64,000 nucleotides of DNA from Promethearchaeia archaeon (GCA_029856145.1 JAHQWK010000001.1:64001-128000); one strand, 5' to 3'. Shown: positions 51,551 to 62,207, numbered from the stretch's first letter. Notes: generated by a model not told the origin, from the sequence alone. Program-made: numbers and translations.

Positions 51551-53602
51551 ATGATTTCCCGTGAAAATTTAATGAGATCAAAACTAAATTTTAAGAAAAA
51601 AATAATAACTGTATTGATCTTGTTCTCTTTCTCAGCTATAATTACTACTACTTTCAATTTTTCTCAAGTAGAAACTGATAAAAGTTCGGACTTTTACGAA
51701 GATACTAATTTAATTAACCTAAATTTGAAAATCTCAAAAATATCGGAAAAAATTCATATTTATGATAATTGGTCTGCTGCTAAGTTTGATGGAATATGTA
51801 CGGGGAATGGTACTTATTCCAATCCGTATATTATAGAAGATTTAGTAATCGATGGTAGTGGTTCAGGAAGTTGTATTTGGGTTGAAAATTCAGAGGTTTA
51901 CTTTATAATCGAAAATTGCACTCTCTATAATTCGGGAGGTTATTGGGATGATTCAGGAATCCGATTATCATATGTTAAAAATTCCCAAATAATTAATAAC
52001 ACATGTTTAAACAATTTCTATGGGATATTTTTATCTGGTTGTGCTAATAACACAATTACAGAAAATACCGCAAATTCTAACAGGGATGGAATATACTTGA
52101 ATGGTGGTGCTTTTAACAATGTTTCGGGAAACATCGCAAATCGCAATGATCATTTTGGGATTACTTCATATTCTAATCAATATAACACCATTTCGGAAAA
52201 TAAAGTGATTAATAATTATTATGGAATAGAATTATTTGAGAGTTATAATAACACAATTTCAAACAATTTTGTATATAGCAACGATAATACAGGGTTACGT
52301 TTACATTCAGGACGTAATAATACAATCTCTGGAAATAGTGTGATCATAAGTTATAATGGGATATATGTTTCTATTAGTAATAACAACACTATTTCAGGAA
52401 ATTCAGTAAATGACACCGTTTATGGGATACGTATGAACTTCTGTCACAATAACAATATTACGGGAAATAATATAAACGACAATCTAATTGGCCTAAATTT
52501 ATATGAGTGTGAAAATACCATTGTTTCGGGCAATCTAATGAATAAATGTGGAATTTGCATATCAGGCTCGTTAAAATCACTAAGATCCTATGATATTGAT
52601 ACTACTAATCTAGTGAATGGAAAACCGGTATATTATTATAATAATAAATTGAATTTGGGAACAAATGATTTAATTAATGCTGGGCAGGTGATATTAGTTA
52701 ATTGCAATTATTCAATAGTATCAAACTTACACATTTCTAATGCTTCTCTTGGAATTTCATTAAACTATTGTAATAATATTAGCATTTCAGGAAATGATGT
52801 AAGCTATAATAAGATTAATGCAATCGGTTTATATTATAGTTATAATAATATCGTTTCGGGAAATAACGTATGTGATAACTTGAATGGAGTGTATTTAGAT
52901 AATAGTGATTTTAACACTGTTTTGGAAAATACCGTAGTTAATAATAATTATGGGCTATATATATTTAATAGTACTGGCAATAATGTTTCGGGAAACACAG
53001 TATGTAATGACAATGTTCATGGGATACATTTAGATGGTAGTAATTCTAACTTTGTTTTGGAAAATACCGTATTTGATAATTCTTTTGGAATATACTTAAG
53101 TTTTTATAGTAACTATAATACTATTTCAGGAAATAACGCAAATAATAATTCCTGGGGGATATATTTAGAAGTTAGTGATTATAACACTGTTTTGGGAAAC
53201 ATTGCTAATAGTAATACTGAATCTGGGATTTATGTAACTTTGAGTTATCATAATACGGTTTCAGAAAACATCGCAAATAATAACAATGAATCTGGGATAT
53301 TTTTATTTAATAGCGATTATAACACTATTTCGAGAAATACAGCAAATAACAACAATGAGGGGATATATTTATATTATAGTAATTATAACAGCATTTCAGG
53401 AAATACCTTACTGGGAAATATTGAGTGCATTGTAGAAGAAGATTGCGAAGGAAACACTTTTAGAGATAATGGCTCTTGTAACTACGGTGTAGTTACTCCG
53501 GACTTCTCAATATATATTTTGTTCTCTATACTTAGCATTCTATCCGCATTCTTACTTATCCTAAGTATAATAATAAAAAAATCTAAAAGATTCAATTCTT
53601 AG
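51551..53602 (+). CDS. NosD/CASH parallel beta-helix surface protein, paralog 1
   Basis: N-terminal TM, GNGTYSNPYIIE, repeated GIxL..NxIxxN units, TTNLVNGKP insert, C-terminal TM with basic tail. Confidence 0.88.
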   Translation: MISRENLMRSKLNFKKKIITVLILFSFSAIITTTFNFSQVETDKSSDFYEDTNLINLNLKISKISEKIHIYDNWSAAKFDGICTGNGTYSNPYIIEDLVIDGSGSGSCIWVENSEVYFIIENCTLYNSGGYWDDSGIRLSYVKNSQIINNTCLNNFYGIFLSGCANNTITENTANSNRDGIYLNGGAFNNVSGNIANRNDHFGITSYSNQYNTISENKVINNYYGIELFESYNNTISNNFVYSNDNTGLRLHSGRNNTISGNSVIISYNGIYVSISNNNTISGNSVNDTVYGIRMNFCHNNNITGNNINDNLIGLNLYECENTIVSGNLMNKCGICISGSLKSLRSYDIDTTNLVNGKPVYYYNNKLNLGTNDLINAGQVILVNCNYSIVSNLHISNASLGISLNYCNNISISGNDVSYNKINAIGLYYSYNNIVSGNNVCDNLNGVYLDNSDFNTVLENTVVNNNYGLYIFNSTGNNVSGNTVCNDNVHGIHLDGSNSNFVLENTVFDNSFGIYLSFYSNYNTISGNNANNNSWGIYLEVSDYNTVLGNIANSNTESGIYVTLSYHNTVSENIANNNNESGIFLFNSDYNTISRNTANNNNEGIYLYYSNYNSISGNTLLGNIECIVEEDCEGNTFRDNGSCNYGVVTPDFSIYILFSILSILSAFLLILSIIIKKSKRFNS

Positions 53603-53806
53603 AGATCCAAGTGAGAAACTACTAAAGGAAAAAAGAATGGAGATTTTAAAATAGTAATTATTGATTTTTTTGTATTTTTAATTCTCTCAATTTTATTATA
53701 AATCCAGAGTTTTGTAACAAATTCTAATCTTAAAATAATTTCAGTATAGACAAAACATTTAAATATCTGAATCCAATATATATTTGCAAATAACTTTATC
53801 TTCTGG

Positions 53807-55735
53807 ATGAAAATAAAATATAGAAATTCCAATTTAACTAAAATGACTAGGTTAAAATTAAATTCAATAACTTTAGGAATTCTATTCATATTCTCAATTA
53901 TAATTGGTGCTAGTTTGAATTTTAATGCAGGATCATATAATTATGGTTTTAAAAATAGCGTCGAATTTACTTTAGATAATGTAAATTTAAAGGCCTCAAA
54001 AGTATCAGGAAAAATTCATATTGATAATAATTGGACTGCTGCTGAGGCGGCTGGAATATGTACGGGGAATGGTACTTACTCCAATCCTTATGTTATAGAA
54101 GACTTGATAATTGATGGTGGTGGATTAGAAAATTGTATCTGGATTGAGAATTCCAGCGTTTACTTTAGAATTGAGAATTGTACTTTATATAATTCTGGAG
54201 ATTATAATTACGCAGGAATCCAATTATCATATGTTAATAACTCCCAATTAATTAATAACAATTGTTCCTCTAATTTTTATGGGATTTGGTTATGGAACAG
54301 TAATAATAACACGATTTTGGGGAATAACGCAAATAATAACGAAGAGCTTGGGATATATTTACTGAACTGTAATAATAACACGATTTTAAACAATATTATA
54401 AATAACAATATTTGTGGGATATATTTAACTGGTTGTAACAATACAATTTCCGGAAATATTGTGAGTAAGAATCAGGTTGGGATACATATATTTAATTCTG
54501 ATGATACAATTGTTTCAGGAAATATAATGAATAATTGTGGGTTAATTGTATCAAGTTTACCTTATACAATAGGTTCCCCTAATATTGATATTACAAACTT
54601 AGTTAATGGAAAACCATTATATTACTACTTTAATGAAGGTAATTTAGGATCGAATGATTTTACGAATGCTGGCCAAGTTATATTAGTGAAATGTAATGAT
54701 TCAATAATTTCAAACTTACAAATTTCTAACACTTCTGTTGGAATTTCATTACACTATTGTAATAATATTACCGTTTCAGGAAATGACGTAAATAATAATA
54801 AAATTTGTGCGATAGATATATACTCTGGTTATTATAACAATATTTCACGAAATAACTTAATTGACAACGGGATGGGGATATATTTAAGAGAAAGTAACGA
54901 TAACATCATCTCGGGAAACACAGCAAATAATAATACTCATGATGGGATAACTTTATATAGTAGTTGGTACAACGACCTTTCAGGAAACACTGCAAATAAT
55001 AACAAGGGAATTGGAATATTTCTATCTTTGTGTTATTATACCATGATCCGGGGAAATAATTTAAATAACAATATGAACGGGATTTGGTTAGATGCTAGTA
55101 GTTTTAACACTGTCTTGGAAAACACAGCAAATAATAACAAGGGAATTGGAATATTTCTATCTTTGTGTGTTTATAACACTATATCGAAAAACAACTTCAA
55201 TAATAATACTCATGATGGGATAGCTTTATATAGTAGTTGGGACAACGACCTTTCAGGAAACACTGCAAATATTAACAGTAAAAATGGGATTAAATTAGAT
55301 TATAGTTGGCGGAACAACCTTTCAGGTAACATTGCAAATATCAACAGTAAAAATGGGATAAAATTATACGCTAGTGATTATAACGACCTTTTAGGAAACA
55401 CTGCAAATGAAAACAACCAAACAGGGATAAAATTAATAGAAACTAATTACAATATTATTTCAGGAAATATTGCAAATGAAAACAACCAAACAGGGATAGA
55501 ACTAATAGAAAGTGATTTCAATCTTATTACGGGAAATACTTTAATAGGAAATAATATCTGTATATCAGAAGTAGATTGTGTAGGAAACTACTTTAGAGAT
55601 AATGATTGTCGTACTTCTAGCGAAGTCACTTTAGACATTTCAGGATATAGCCTTTTGTTTCTGCTTGGTATAATATCTCTTGTATTTATCACTTTTAGCA
55701 ATAAAATAAAGAAATCTTCAAGATTCAATTCTTAA
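53807..55735 (+). CDS. NosD/CASH parallel beta-helix surface protein, paralog 2
   Basis: Same architecture; near-identical internal DNA repeats. Confidence 0.88.
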   Translation: MKIKYRNSNLTKMTRLKLNSITLGILFIFSIIIGASLNFNAGSYNYGFKNSVEFTLDNVNLKASKVSGKIHIDNNWTAAEAAGICTGNGTYSNPYVIEDLIIDGGGLENCIWIENSSVYFRIENCTLYNSGDYNYAGIQLSYVNNSQLINNNCSSNFYGIWLWNSNNNTILGNNANNNEELGIYLLNCNNNTILNNIINNNICGIYLTGCNNTISGNIVSKNQVGIHIFNSDDTIVSGNIMNNCGLIVSSLPYTIGSPNIDITNLVNGKPLYYYFNEGNLGSNDFTNAGQVILVKCNDSIISNLQISNTSVGISLHYCNNITVSGNDVNNNKICAIDIYSGYYNNISRNNLIDNGMGIYLRESNDNIISGNTANNNTHDGITLYSSWYNDLSGNTANNNKGIGIFLSLCYYTMIRGNNLNNNMNGIWLDASSFNTVLENTANNNKGIGIFLSLCVYNTISKNNFNNNTHDGIALYSSWDNDLSGNTANINSKNGIKLDYSWRNNLSGNIANINSKNGIKLYASDYNDLLGNTANENNQTGIKLIETNYNIISGNIANENNQTGIELIESDFNLITGNTLIGNNICISEVDCVGNYFRDNDCRTSSEVTLDISGYSLLFLLGIISLVFITFSNKIKKSSRFNS

Positions 55736-57966
55736 ATATGCTTACGAAAAATTCTATAAGGATTTAAGAATCAATTCTAGATTTGTTATTTGTATATTTT
55801 AACATTTAGATCTTTTAATCAAAATATTTAAATATTTGATTATGAATATTTTTTTACATCCTCTTATATTCTCAGCATAAATGACATGAAATCAAAGGCA
55901 AAAGCAAAAATAACAATTTTAATAATTTTGGGAATTTTCTTCAACTTCTCAACTTTAATTATGACGAATCTCAAATTTAATACTGGAAATTTTAATAACG
56001 TCTTAGACTATAGTGATGATTTCAATATTGATACCAAAAATTTGAAGATCTCAAAAATCTCGGTAAAAATTCATATAATTAATAACTCAGGTTGGGTAGA
56101 TTTTAGAAATGCAGGATATTGTTCTGGTGAAGGGACTTATTCTTATCCTTACGTCATCGAAGATTTAGTAATAGATGGTGGAGGTTCGGGGAGCTGTATC
56201 ATTATTGAAAATTCCAACGTGTATTTTAGGATTGAAAATTGTAATGTGTATAATTCTGGTGATGATTATTATTATAATGGCGATGCGGGAATTAGTCTAT
56301 TCACGGTTCGTAATGGAATGATAATTGATAATAATTGTTCAAATAACTATCTTGGGATACGTTTATATGATTGTAATAATAACACCATTTCAGGAAACAT
56401 GGTTAATAACAACAGATATGGGATATATATAGTGCATAGTAATTTTTCTACCATTTCAGAAAATAACGTAAATAAAAACGGGTTTGACGCGATAGCTTTA
56501 CGTTTTAGTAATTCTAATAATATTTCAAGAAATAATGCAAGTTTCAATTATAATTGCGGGATATGTTTATATAATTGTAATAATAACACCATTTTGGGAA
56601 ATACAGCTAATGATAACGCATATGGGATATCTTTAGGTTATAGTGATTTTACCACCATTTCAGAAAATAAAGCAAACAACAACAACTATTATGGGATATA
56701 TTTATCTTTTACTTATTCTAACAATATTTCGAGAAATATAATGAATAAATGTGGTTTAAGGATAAAAGGTTCTCTTGAAGAATTAATTTCTAATGAAATC
56801 GATACTACAAATTTAGTGAATGGAAAATTTTTGTATTATTATACTAATCAAATGAATTTAGGACCAAACAATTTTACTAATGCTGGACAGGTTATATTGA
56901 TCAAGTGTAATAATTCATCAATAACAAATATAAATACATCATACAGTTCTATTGGTATTTATTTATATTGCTGTAATGACAACACGATTTCGGGAAATTA
57001 CGCAAGTTTCAATAAGGATGATGGGATACATTTAGATGGAGGTTCTAATAATATCATTTCAAATAACACCACAAATAACAACAGATATTATGGGATATTT
57101 TTAGGTGGAAGTTCTAATAATATCATTTTAAATTGCACCTCAAATAACAACAGATATTATGGGATATTTTTAATTGGAAGTGATAATTCTATCGTTTCGG
57201 GAAACACCTTTAATAGCAATATCAAAGGGATAGATTTAAGTTATGGAGATAATTGCACAATTTCGGAGAATAATGTATGTGAAAATAGTGGTAGTGGGAT
57301 ATACTTATATATAAGTAATAATAATACTATTTCGGAAAACACAGTAAATTACAACGATAATGGAATATGTTTAGAAGATGAGAGTGATAATAACACCGTT
57401 ACAATGAACACCGTAAATTACAACGATAATGGGATAATATTGAGTTCAAGTGATTACAATATAATTTCAAGAAACATTTTAAATGGAAATGATATTTGTA
57501 TTAGTGAATTTAATTCCGAAGGTAATGTTTTTGTAAATAACTATTGTTATGATCCATTTCAAGACAAAATTCTATTCTTTCTACTTGTTACTCTTTCCAT
57601 TGTATCAGTCATTATAAGTTTTACGTCAATCTTTATATATAAAAAAACGAGAAAATTTTAGTAAAATTAAATAATCTCATAAAAAGACTTTAAATGATAT
57701 TTTTTCCTTTTTAAATTTTTAAAGTTAAATAATAAGAGATAATAAAAATCCAAGAGAATAGATTTTGGTATTTTTTATTTAAATGCCTATAAAATTATAT
57801 GATTTTATATTTTTAGAATAAAATATTAAATAAAAAGAAGTGATAGTTTTGAAAATAAATGGAGAAGAGACTTTCTTTGGAGAAGATATTAGCACTCCTG
57901 AACAATTTATCTTGTATTTATCACTTTTAGCAATAAAATAAAGAAATCTTCAAGATTCAATTCTTA
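55678..57966 (+). repeat. 57-bp perfect direct repeat (55678-55734 and 57910-57966) bracketing paralog 3
   Basis: TCTTGTATTTATCACTTTTAGCAATAAAATAAAGAAATCTTCAAGATTCAATTCTTA occurs twice; it equals the 3' end of paralog 2. Confidence 0.9.
55886..57661 (+). CDS. NosD/CASH parallel beta-helix surface protein, paralog 3
   Basis: Same architecture. Confidence 0.88.
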   Translation: MKSKAKAKITILIILGIFFNFSTLIMTNLKFNTGNFNNVLDYSDDFNIDTKNLKISKISVKIHIINNSGWVDFRNAGYCSGEGTYSYPYVIEDLVIDGGGSGSCIIIENSNVYFRIENCNVYNSGDDYYYNGDAGISLFTVRNGMIIDNNCSNNYLGIRLYDCNNNTISGNMVNNNRYGIYIVHSNFSTISENNVNKNGFDAIALRFSNSNNISRNNASFNYNCGICLYNCNNNTILGNTANDNAYGISLGYSDFTTISENKANNNNYYGIYLSFTYSNNISRNIMNKCGLRIKGSLEELISNEIDTTNLVNGKFLYYYTNQMNLGPNNFTNAGQVILIKCNNSSITNINTSYSSIGIYLYCCNDNTISGNYASFNKDDGIHLDGGSNNIISNNTTNNNRYYGIFLGGSSNNIILNCTSNNNRYYGIFLIGSDNSIVSGNTFNSNIKGIDLSYGDNCTISENNVCENSGSGIYLYISNNNTISENTVNYNDNGICLEDESDNNTVTMNTVNYNDNGIILSSSDYNIISRNILNGNDICISEFNSEGNVFVNNYCYDPFQDKILFFLLVTLSIVSVIISFTSIFIYKKTRKF

Positions 57967-58128
57967 GATAAATTTTAATGAAAAATTACTAAAATAAATC
58001 AGGATACTGATTTTAACAAGTAAACGATATACATGAAAAAACTTTATATGATATTTTTTCCTTTTTAAATTACGAATTTTGATATTTTAAAAACTTAAAT
58101 GTTTTATAAAGTAAAAATTCTCAACCTA

Positions 58129-58290
58129 GCCAAGGTGGCGTAGCCTGGGAACGCACTAGAATCATCAGAATTACTGATAAAGGTGAAACTGAAGATCTAG
58201 GTATCGAGTAAAATGGGCTCTTCGTCCATTTTCGGGAAAGTTCAAAGGGATTCGCCTTGAACGGATTCCGGAATCATCTCTCCCTTGGCA
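58129..58290 (+). tRNA. tRNA-Phe(GAA) with three non-canonical introns (30/31: 58160-58187; 51/52: 58209-58238; 58/59: 58246-58275)
   Basis: Removing the three segments yields a 74-nt cloverleaf GCCAAGG TG GCGT AGCCTGGGA ACGC A CTAGA CTGAAGA TCTAG GTATC GAGAG TTCAAAT CTCTC CCTTGGC A; each junction forms a BHB-like motif. Confidence 0.88.
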
Positions 58291-58303
58291 TAATTCTTCC
58301 CAT

Positions 58304-58870
58304 TTAACTACGATAATAATCAGGATTTATTTTTCGCATATGATTCATTTTTCCTCTCAACTCATAACTTTTAAAATTTAGAAAAGTTTGATAAAATTCT
58401 AATGTAGACGGAGCTCTACCATATTTTTGGTAGTATTTTTCGCTAAAATCATACACCTTTTGATGTCTGGTATTCTCATCCGTATATAATCCCTTATCCT
58501 TTAAATGCGTAATTATATATTTTTTAAGGTCTGGTTTTTCTATTAAAAAATCCCGTAATTGAACACTTAAAACACCTTGGTAATGGATCCTTCCATTGGG
58601 ATTTAACTCTTTGAATTGATTAATATGATTAGTTAATTGTTTGTTTATTGATATTAAATCTTTTACTTTCAAATCTCCTTCTAAAATGGAGATTATTTGT
58701 TCCTTTTCCATTTTCTTTTTAGTTTCTTGCGGCTGTTTTTTTGCAATTTCATTAATCCTATTCAATCTTTTACGATTTTGTTTTAAAGTATTAAATTCTT
58801 CTACAATATTCTCAATATTTGAAAATTCATAGTTTTTGGCATAAAGTGTACCATGATGTCTATAACGCAT
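58304..58870 (-). CDS. Hypothetical protein, probably 5'-truncated
   Basis: Frame stays open upstream to ~58927, overlapping the open frame of the divergent ORF. Confidence 0.5.
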   Translation of the reverse strand: MRYRHHGTLYAKNYEFSNIENIVEEFNTLKQNRKRLNRINEIAKKQPQETKKKMEKEQIISILEGDLKVKDLISINKQLTNHINQFKELNPNGRIHYQGVLSVQLRDFLIEKPDLKKYIITHLKDKGLYTDENTRHQKVYDFSEKYYQKYGRAPSTLEFYQTFLNFKSYELRGKMNHMRKINPDYYRS

Positions 58871-59053
58871 ATTTTTCCTTTCATCAACTTTTAATTTAGC
58901 TTCATTATTTGGTTTAATAATCCAAATTTAAAATTTTTTCAAGAATTAAAAGATTTAATTAGTTATACTTTAATTAAGAATGAAAACTCAGCAAGATCTC
59001 TAATAAAAGCTTTTTTAGATTTAAATGCAATTGAAATACTCGTAATTGATAAT

Positions 59054-59755
59054 TTGGATATAACTTCTAAGGTGTTAATGGATGAGGCCGTTCTACAATT
59101 AAGAGAGATATACAAAAGTGAAGATACTATTCCTTTTAATGAATTGCAAATGAATTTTGTAAAAATCACTTCAGAAATCTTAAGAAAATCTGTTGAATTG
59201 TTGAAACTTGAAGGTCGTATTAAATTAGAAGCAGAAAACTTAACTAATAAAATTAAAAATAATTATGAAACAGTAAAATATGTAATTGGATTGATCATGG
59301 GTTGTTTCGACTTGTTAGAAAATAGATTAAGTAATAAATTTAAAAATTATTTTCACCCAAAAAAAACTCCTTGGCAGCTGTATTTTCCTCCAAAAGATCG
59401 AAAAGAAATCCGACTATGGTTAAAGGATTATTTTAATCTCCCTCAATATGTTAATCAATATCATTCACTTTCATTTTTATTTGAAGAATGGATTTTTACG
59501 CATTTTCGGGAAGTAAGACATTTCAAAGCTCATAAGGAGATTGATACAGCACAAACTATATTGAAAAATAATCTTTATAAAATTGAATTTGATAACAACG
59601 AATATAAATATACGCTATACCAATTGAGAGAAATCTACAAAGATTCTTTTGGCTTTTTATTATGGATTAAACATCTAGTCGCTAAAATTTACTTTAACCA
59701 AGGAGATCAACCATTAAATGAAGATTTGAATAAATATTTACTCAAGAATTATTAA
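59054..59755 (+). CDS. HEPN-like domain protein (possibly 5'-truncated)
   Basis: DLLENRLS helix plus RHFKAH (RX4H); frame open from 58895 without ATG. Confidence 0.5.
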   Translation: MDITSKVLMDEAVLQLREIYKSEDTIPFNELQMNFVKITSEILRKSVELLKLEGRIKLEAENLTNKIKNNYETVKYVIGLIMGCFDLLENRLSNKFKNYFHPKKTPWQLYFPPKDRKEIRLWLKDYFNLPQYVNQYHSLSFLFEEWIFTHFREVRHFKAHKEIDTAQTILKNNLYKIEFDNNEYKYTLYQLREIYKDSFGFLLWIKHLVAKIYFNQGDQPLNEDLNKYLLKNY

Positions 59756-59867
59756 AATGCAAGCTGGGAAGTGAAAGAGAATCCTTAGAAAGATATAAAG
59801 AATCTTTGTAGTTTTTTCAAAAAAATGATTTTATTGAAAATTAATGAAAGAAATTTGAATAAATAAA

Positions 59868-60983
59868 ATGAATGATAATTGGGAAAAGGAAGGACTTAAA
59901 TATTTGGATAAAATTTTTGGGGAAGTACTATCTTTAGAAGAATTTGAAAAGAATTTGCAAAAAAATACAAATAAAGAGTTATTGTTTTCCTTTTTTAAAA
60001 ATGTAATAAATTTTTTAGGGATGTCTTTTAAACTCAGTGAAGAACTTAAACAATATATCCAATTAGATATGCCCCCTAAAAAATATATAGAGACAATTTT
60101 AAAAGTAACTGCTCAATTTTCTAAGAAAAATCCTAAAATTGTAAAACAAATTGAAGATGTAGTTAAAAATATTGTACAAATTTTTCAATCTTTAGATTTC
60201 CATAAAGAATTACTTTCCATTTCTACGAGTAATGAGTTTGAAGATTTGATAAAAAAAAGATTTCTCGAAGAATTGGATAGAGCAGAGCAAATAAATAGAA
60301 ATTTGGTAGCAGAATCATTTAAATTAGCTCTTAAATATGTAGAACGCCAGCAACAGCCAGATAAATTATTTACATTATCGAGTTATAATAAACTCGGGAT
60401 ACAACTTGAAAACCTGAAAACCGATACAACAATGAACCTTATTGTGAGTTTTTTGGAGATGATTCTTACAAAAAAACAGGAGATATTCAAGCTTTCCGAT
60501 GATGAACTTGTGGACTATTTGAATGAATTCGTGAGCAGGTTAGGAAGAGCCATTGAACCCTATTTAAAAGCAATCATTGTTACCATTTATAATCTCCAAA
60601 AAATATGCCAAAAAGAAGATTTTGATGATTTTGAGAAAGGATTTGGGTATTACCTAAGTCCACGCAGTTCCTTACGAATCCAACATTCCAAAAAAGAAGA
60701 TTACATTGATTATCGAAATGCAATTAACCATATAAGTGGATTTGATGTATCTTTTAATCGGAAGCTAGAAGATATAACGATAAAATTTTACTTAAAACGG
60801 GAAACAAGAGGTAGACTATATTGGAGCAAGGCTGTAGAAATGGGATTAAAAGAATTTGAAAAGCTATTTAGGGATTTTCGTAAGTTTCAGAATTCATTTT
60901 TCACTTTCTATGATGTTTATATCAAATCCGTTGATAAAAACTACGAATATCAAATCTTCCCTTTCAAAGATATCTTTAATTAG
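59868..60983 (+). CDS. Helical protein with a C-terminal HEPN-like domain
   Basis: GRAIEPYLK helix plus YRNAINH (RX4H). Confidence 0.6.
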   Translation: MNDNWEKEGLKYLDKIFGEVLSLEEFEKNLQKNTNKELLFSFFKNVINFLGMSFKLSEELKQYIQLDMPPKKYIETILKVTAQFSKKNPKIVKQIEDVVKNIVQIFQSLDFHKELLSISTSNEFEDLIKKRFLEELDRAEQINRNLVAESFKLALKYVERQQQPDKLFTLSSYNKLGIQLENLKTDTTMNLIVSFLEMILTKKQEIFKLSDDELVDYLNEFVSRLGRAIEPYLKAIIVTIYNLQKICQKEDFDDFEKGFGYYLSPRSSLRIQHSKKEDYIDYRNAINHISGFDVSFNRKLEDITIKFYLKRETRGRLYWSKAVEMGLKEFEKLFRDFRKFQNSFFTFYDVYIKSVDKNYEYQIFPFKDIFN

Positions 60984-61014
60984 TAATAAATAAAAAACCG
61001 AAGTTTGGAATTCT

Positions 61015-61182
61015 ATGAATGAAAATAAGGCAAATATGCAAAAATATAGTAATGTAAAACCAGATCAGAAACAAGTTCTCTTAGAAATTGAGAGGTTTAC
61101 AAATGCTGAAATACCGGATTACCAAAATGTAACCTCAGAGAATTTTGGTATAGTTCTTGAAAATATTAAAACTTATATGTAG
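61015..61182 (+). pseudogene. N-terminal remnant resembling Lokiarchaeal LRR proteins
   Basis: QVLLEIERFTNAEIP..ENFGIVLEN, then abrupt termination inside the opposing ORF; family resemblance is from recall only. Confidence 0.3.
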
Positions 61183-61908
61183 AGTTTTATTATGTTTATG
61201 AATATGTATGGAACCATCAGTATCAACTAATCCTTCAATTATTTTTTTCCTTGATATTGTAAATTTAATTGCATCTGCGTCTTTTGGTTCATATATTCCT
61301 GGTCTCTTGTTTAATGTCTTTTTCATCAGTTCATAAACATATAGAGCATATTGAGATTCTTGAGATCTATTTAATGTAACTCTGAAACGACGTCCATAGT
61401 GGGGGATACATCCGTCTCCAAGACCAATACAAATTTTTTCTGCCAAAGCTTTACTTTCTTTTAATTTCCCACTTGGATTTTCTTTGAATTCTAAATCTTT
61501 TTTATCATGTTCTTGTATATATTCCTTTAAACTTAAATTTTTAAGTTGATTTTCAAACCTATCATTCTCATCTGATTTTATTCTCTTATCTTTTAAACTA
61601 TGCACTTTTTCTTTTAAATTAACTTCCTTTTTTTTAGTATTCTCCTGTATAGAGGCTTTTTTTTCATCTTTTTCATCTTTCGGCGTGAATTTTACTTCGA
61701 ATTGTTCATCATTGCTTCTTAGTTCGTCCCCAGATTCAAATGTATCACCAAGATCTTTATCAAAGTCCAAATCTTCATCCAGGGGGTCAAATTCATTTTC
61801 TAAGTCAAGCTCATTCATGTCCTCTTTTTCATTAAATTCAGTTTCTTTATCATTCTGTTCTTCATCGAATTCTTCACTATTATATTCTCCCATAAATTCA
61901 ATCCTCAC
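61135..61908 (-). pseudogene. Degenerate LAGLIDADG homing endonuclease with an acidic N-terminal region
   Basis: ICIGLGDGCI and GLVDTDGSI motifs; the inter-motif linker appears deleted and the second domain is truncated. Confidence 0.65.
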
Positions 61909-62207
61909 GCTTTATGTTTATCATATTTTAACTTTTTATATTAGTCATTTGTATCCTCTTTTTTGGTCAATATCTGGTATAATTTGGTTTTTCATAGTAC
62001 CATTTGCAGGTTTATTTGCCGAAAAGTACTTAAGATTCGACTACAAAGCTAATAGAATACCAGAACCAAATGAAGAACTTAATAAAAATATAAAAAAAAT
62101 TTACAACGAAGCTTCAGCCATTTTTAAATTATCTCCAATAATAAATATTATATTTCGACATTCCCTATCTATTTCTTGACAAATTAGGTTAAAAAAAGGA
62201 ACCCAAG

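Noticed and set aside
54900-55520. CRISPR array or DGR template/variable repeats
   Set aside because: The repeats are in-frame beta-helix coding units with no spacer structure, no adenine-specific variation, and no cas or reverse transcriptase gene in the window
58156-58200. Reading the tRNA as Met/Ile2 from the CAT at 58163-58165
   Set aside because: It gives an atypical anticodon loop; BHB geometry places the CAT in intron 1 and yields a canonical CU-GAA-GA Phe loop
649-62179. Short antisense or overlapping track ORFs (e.g. 649-882, 4167-4403, 4803-5066, 9125-9385, 18561-18869, 25920-26222, 33368-33697, 38445-38684, 44440-44727, 50792-51145, 53599-53889, and the 5' half of 61685-62179)
   Set aside because: Shadow frames of well-supported genes with composition typical of antisense translation
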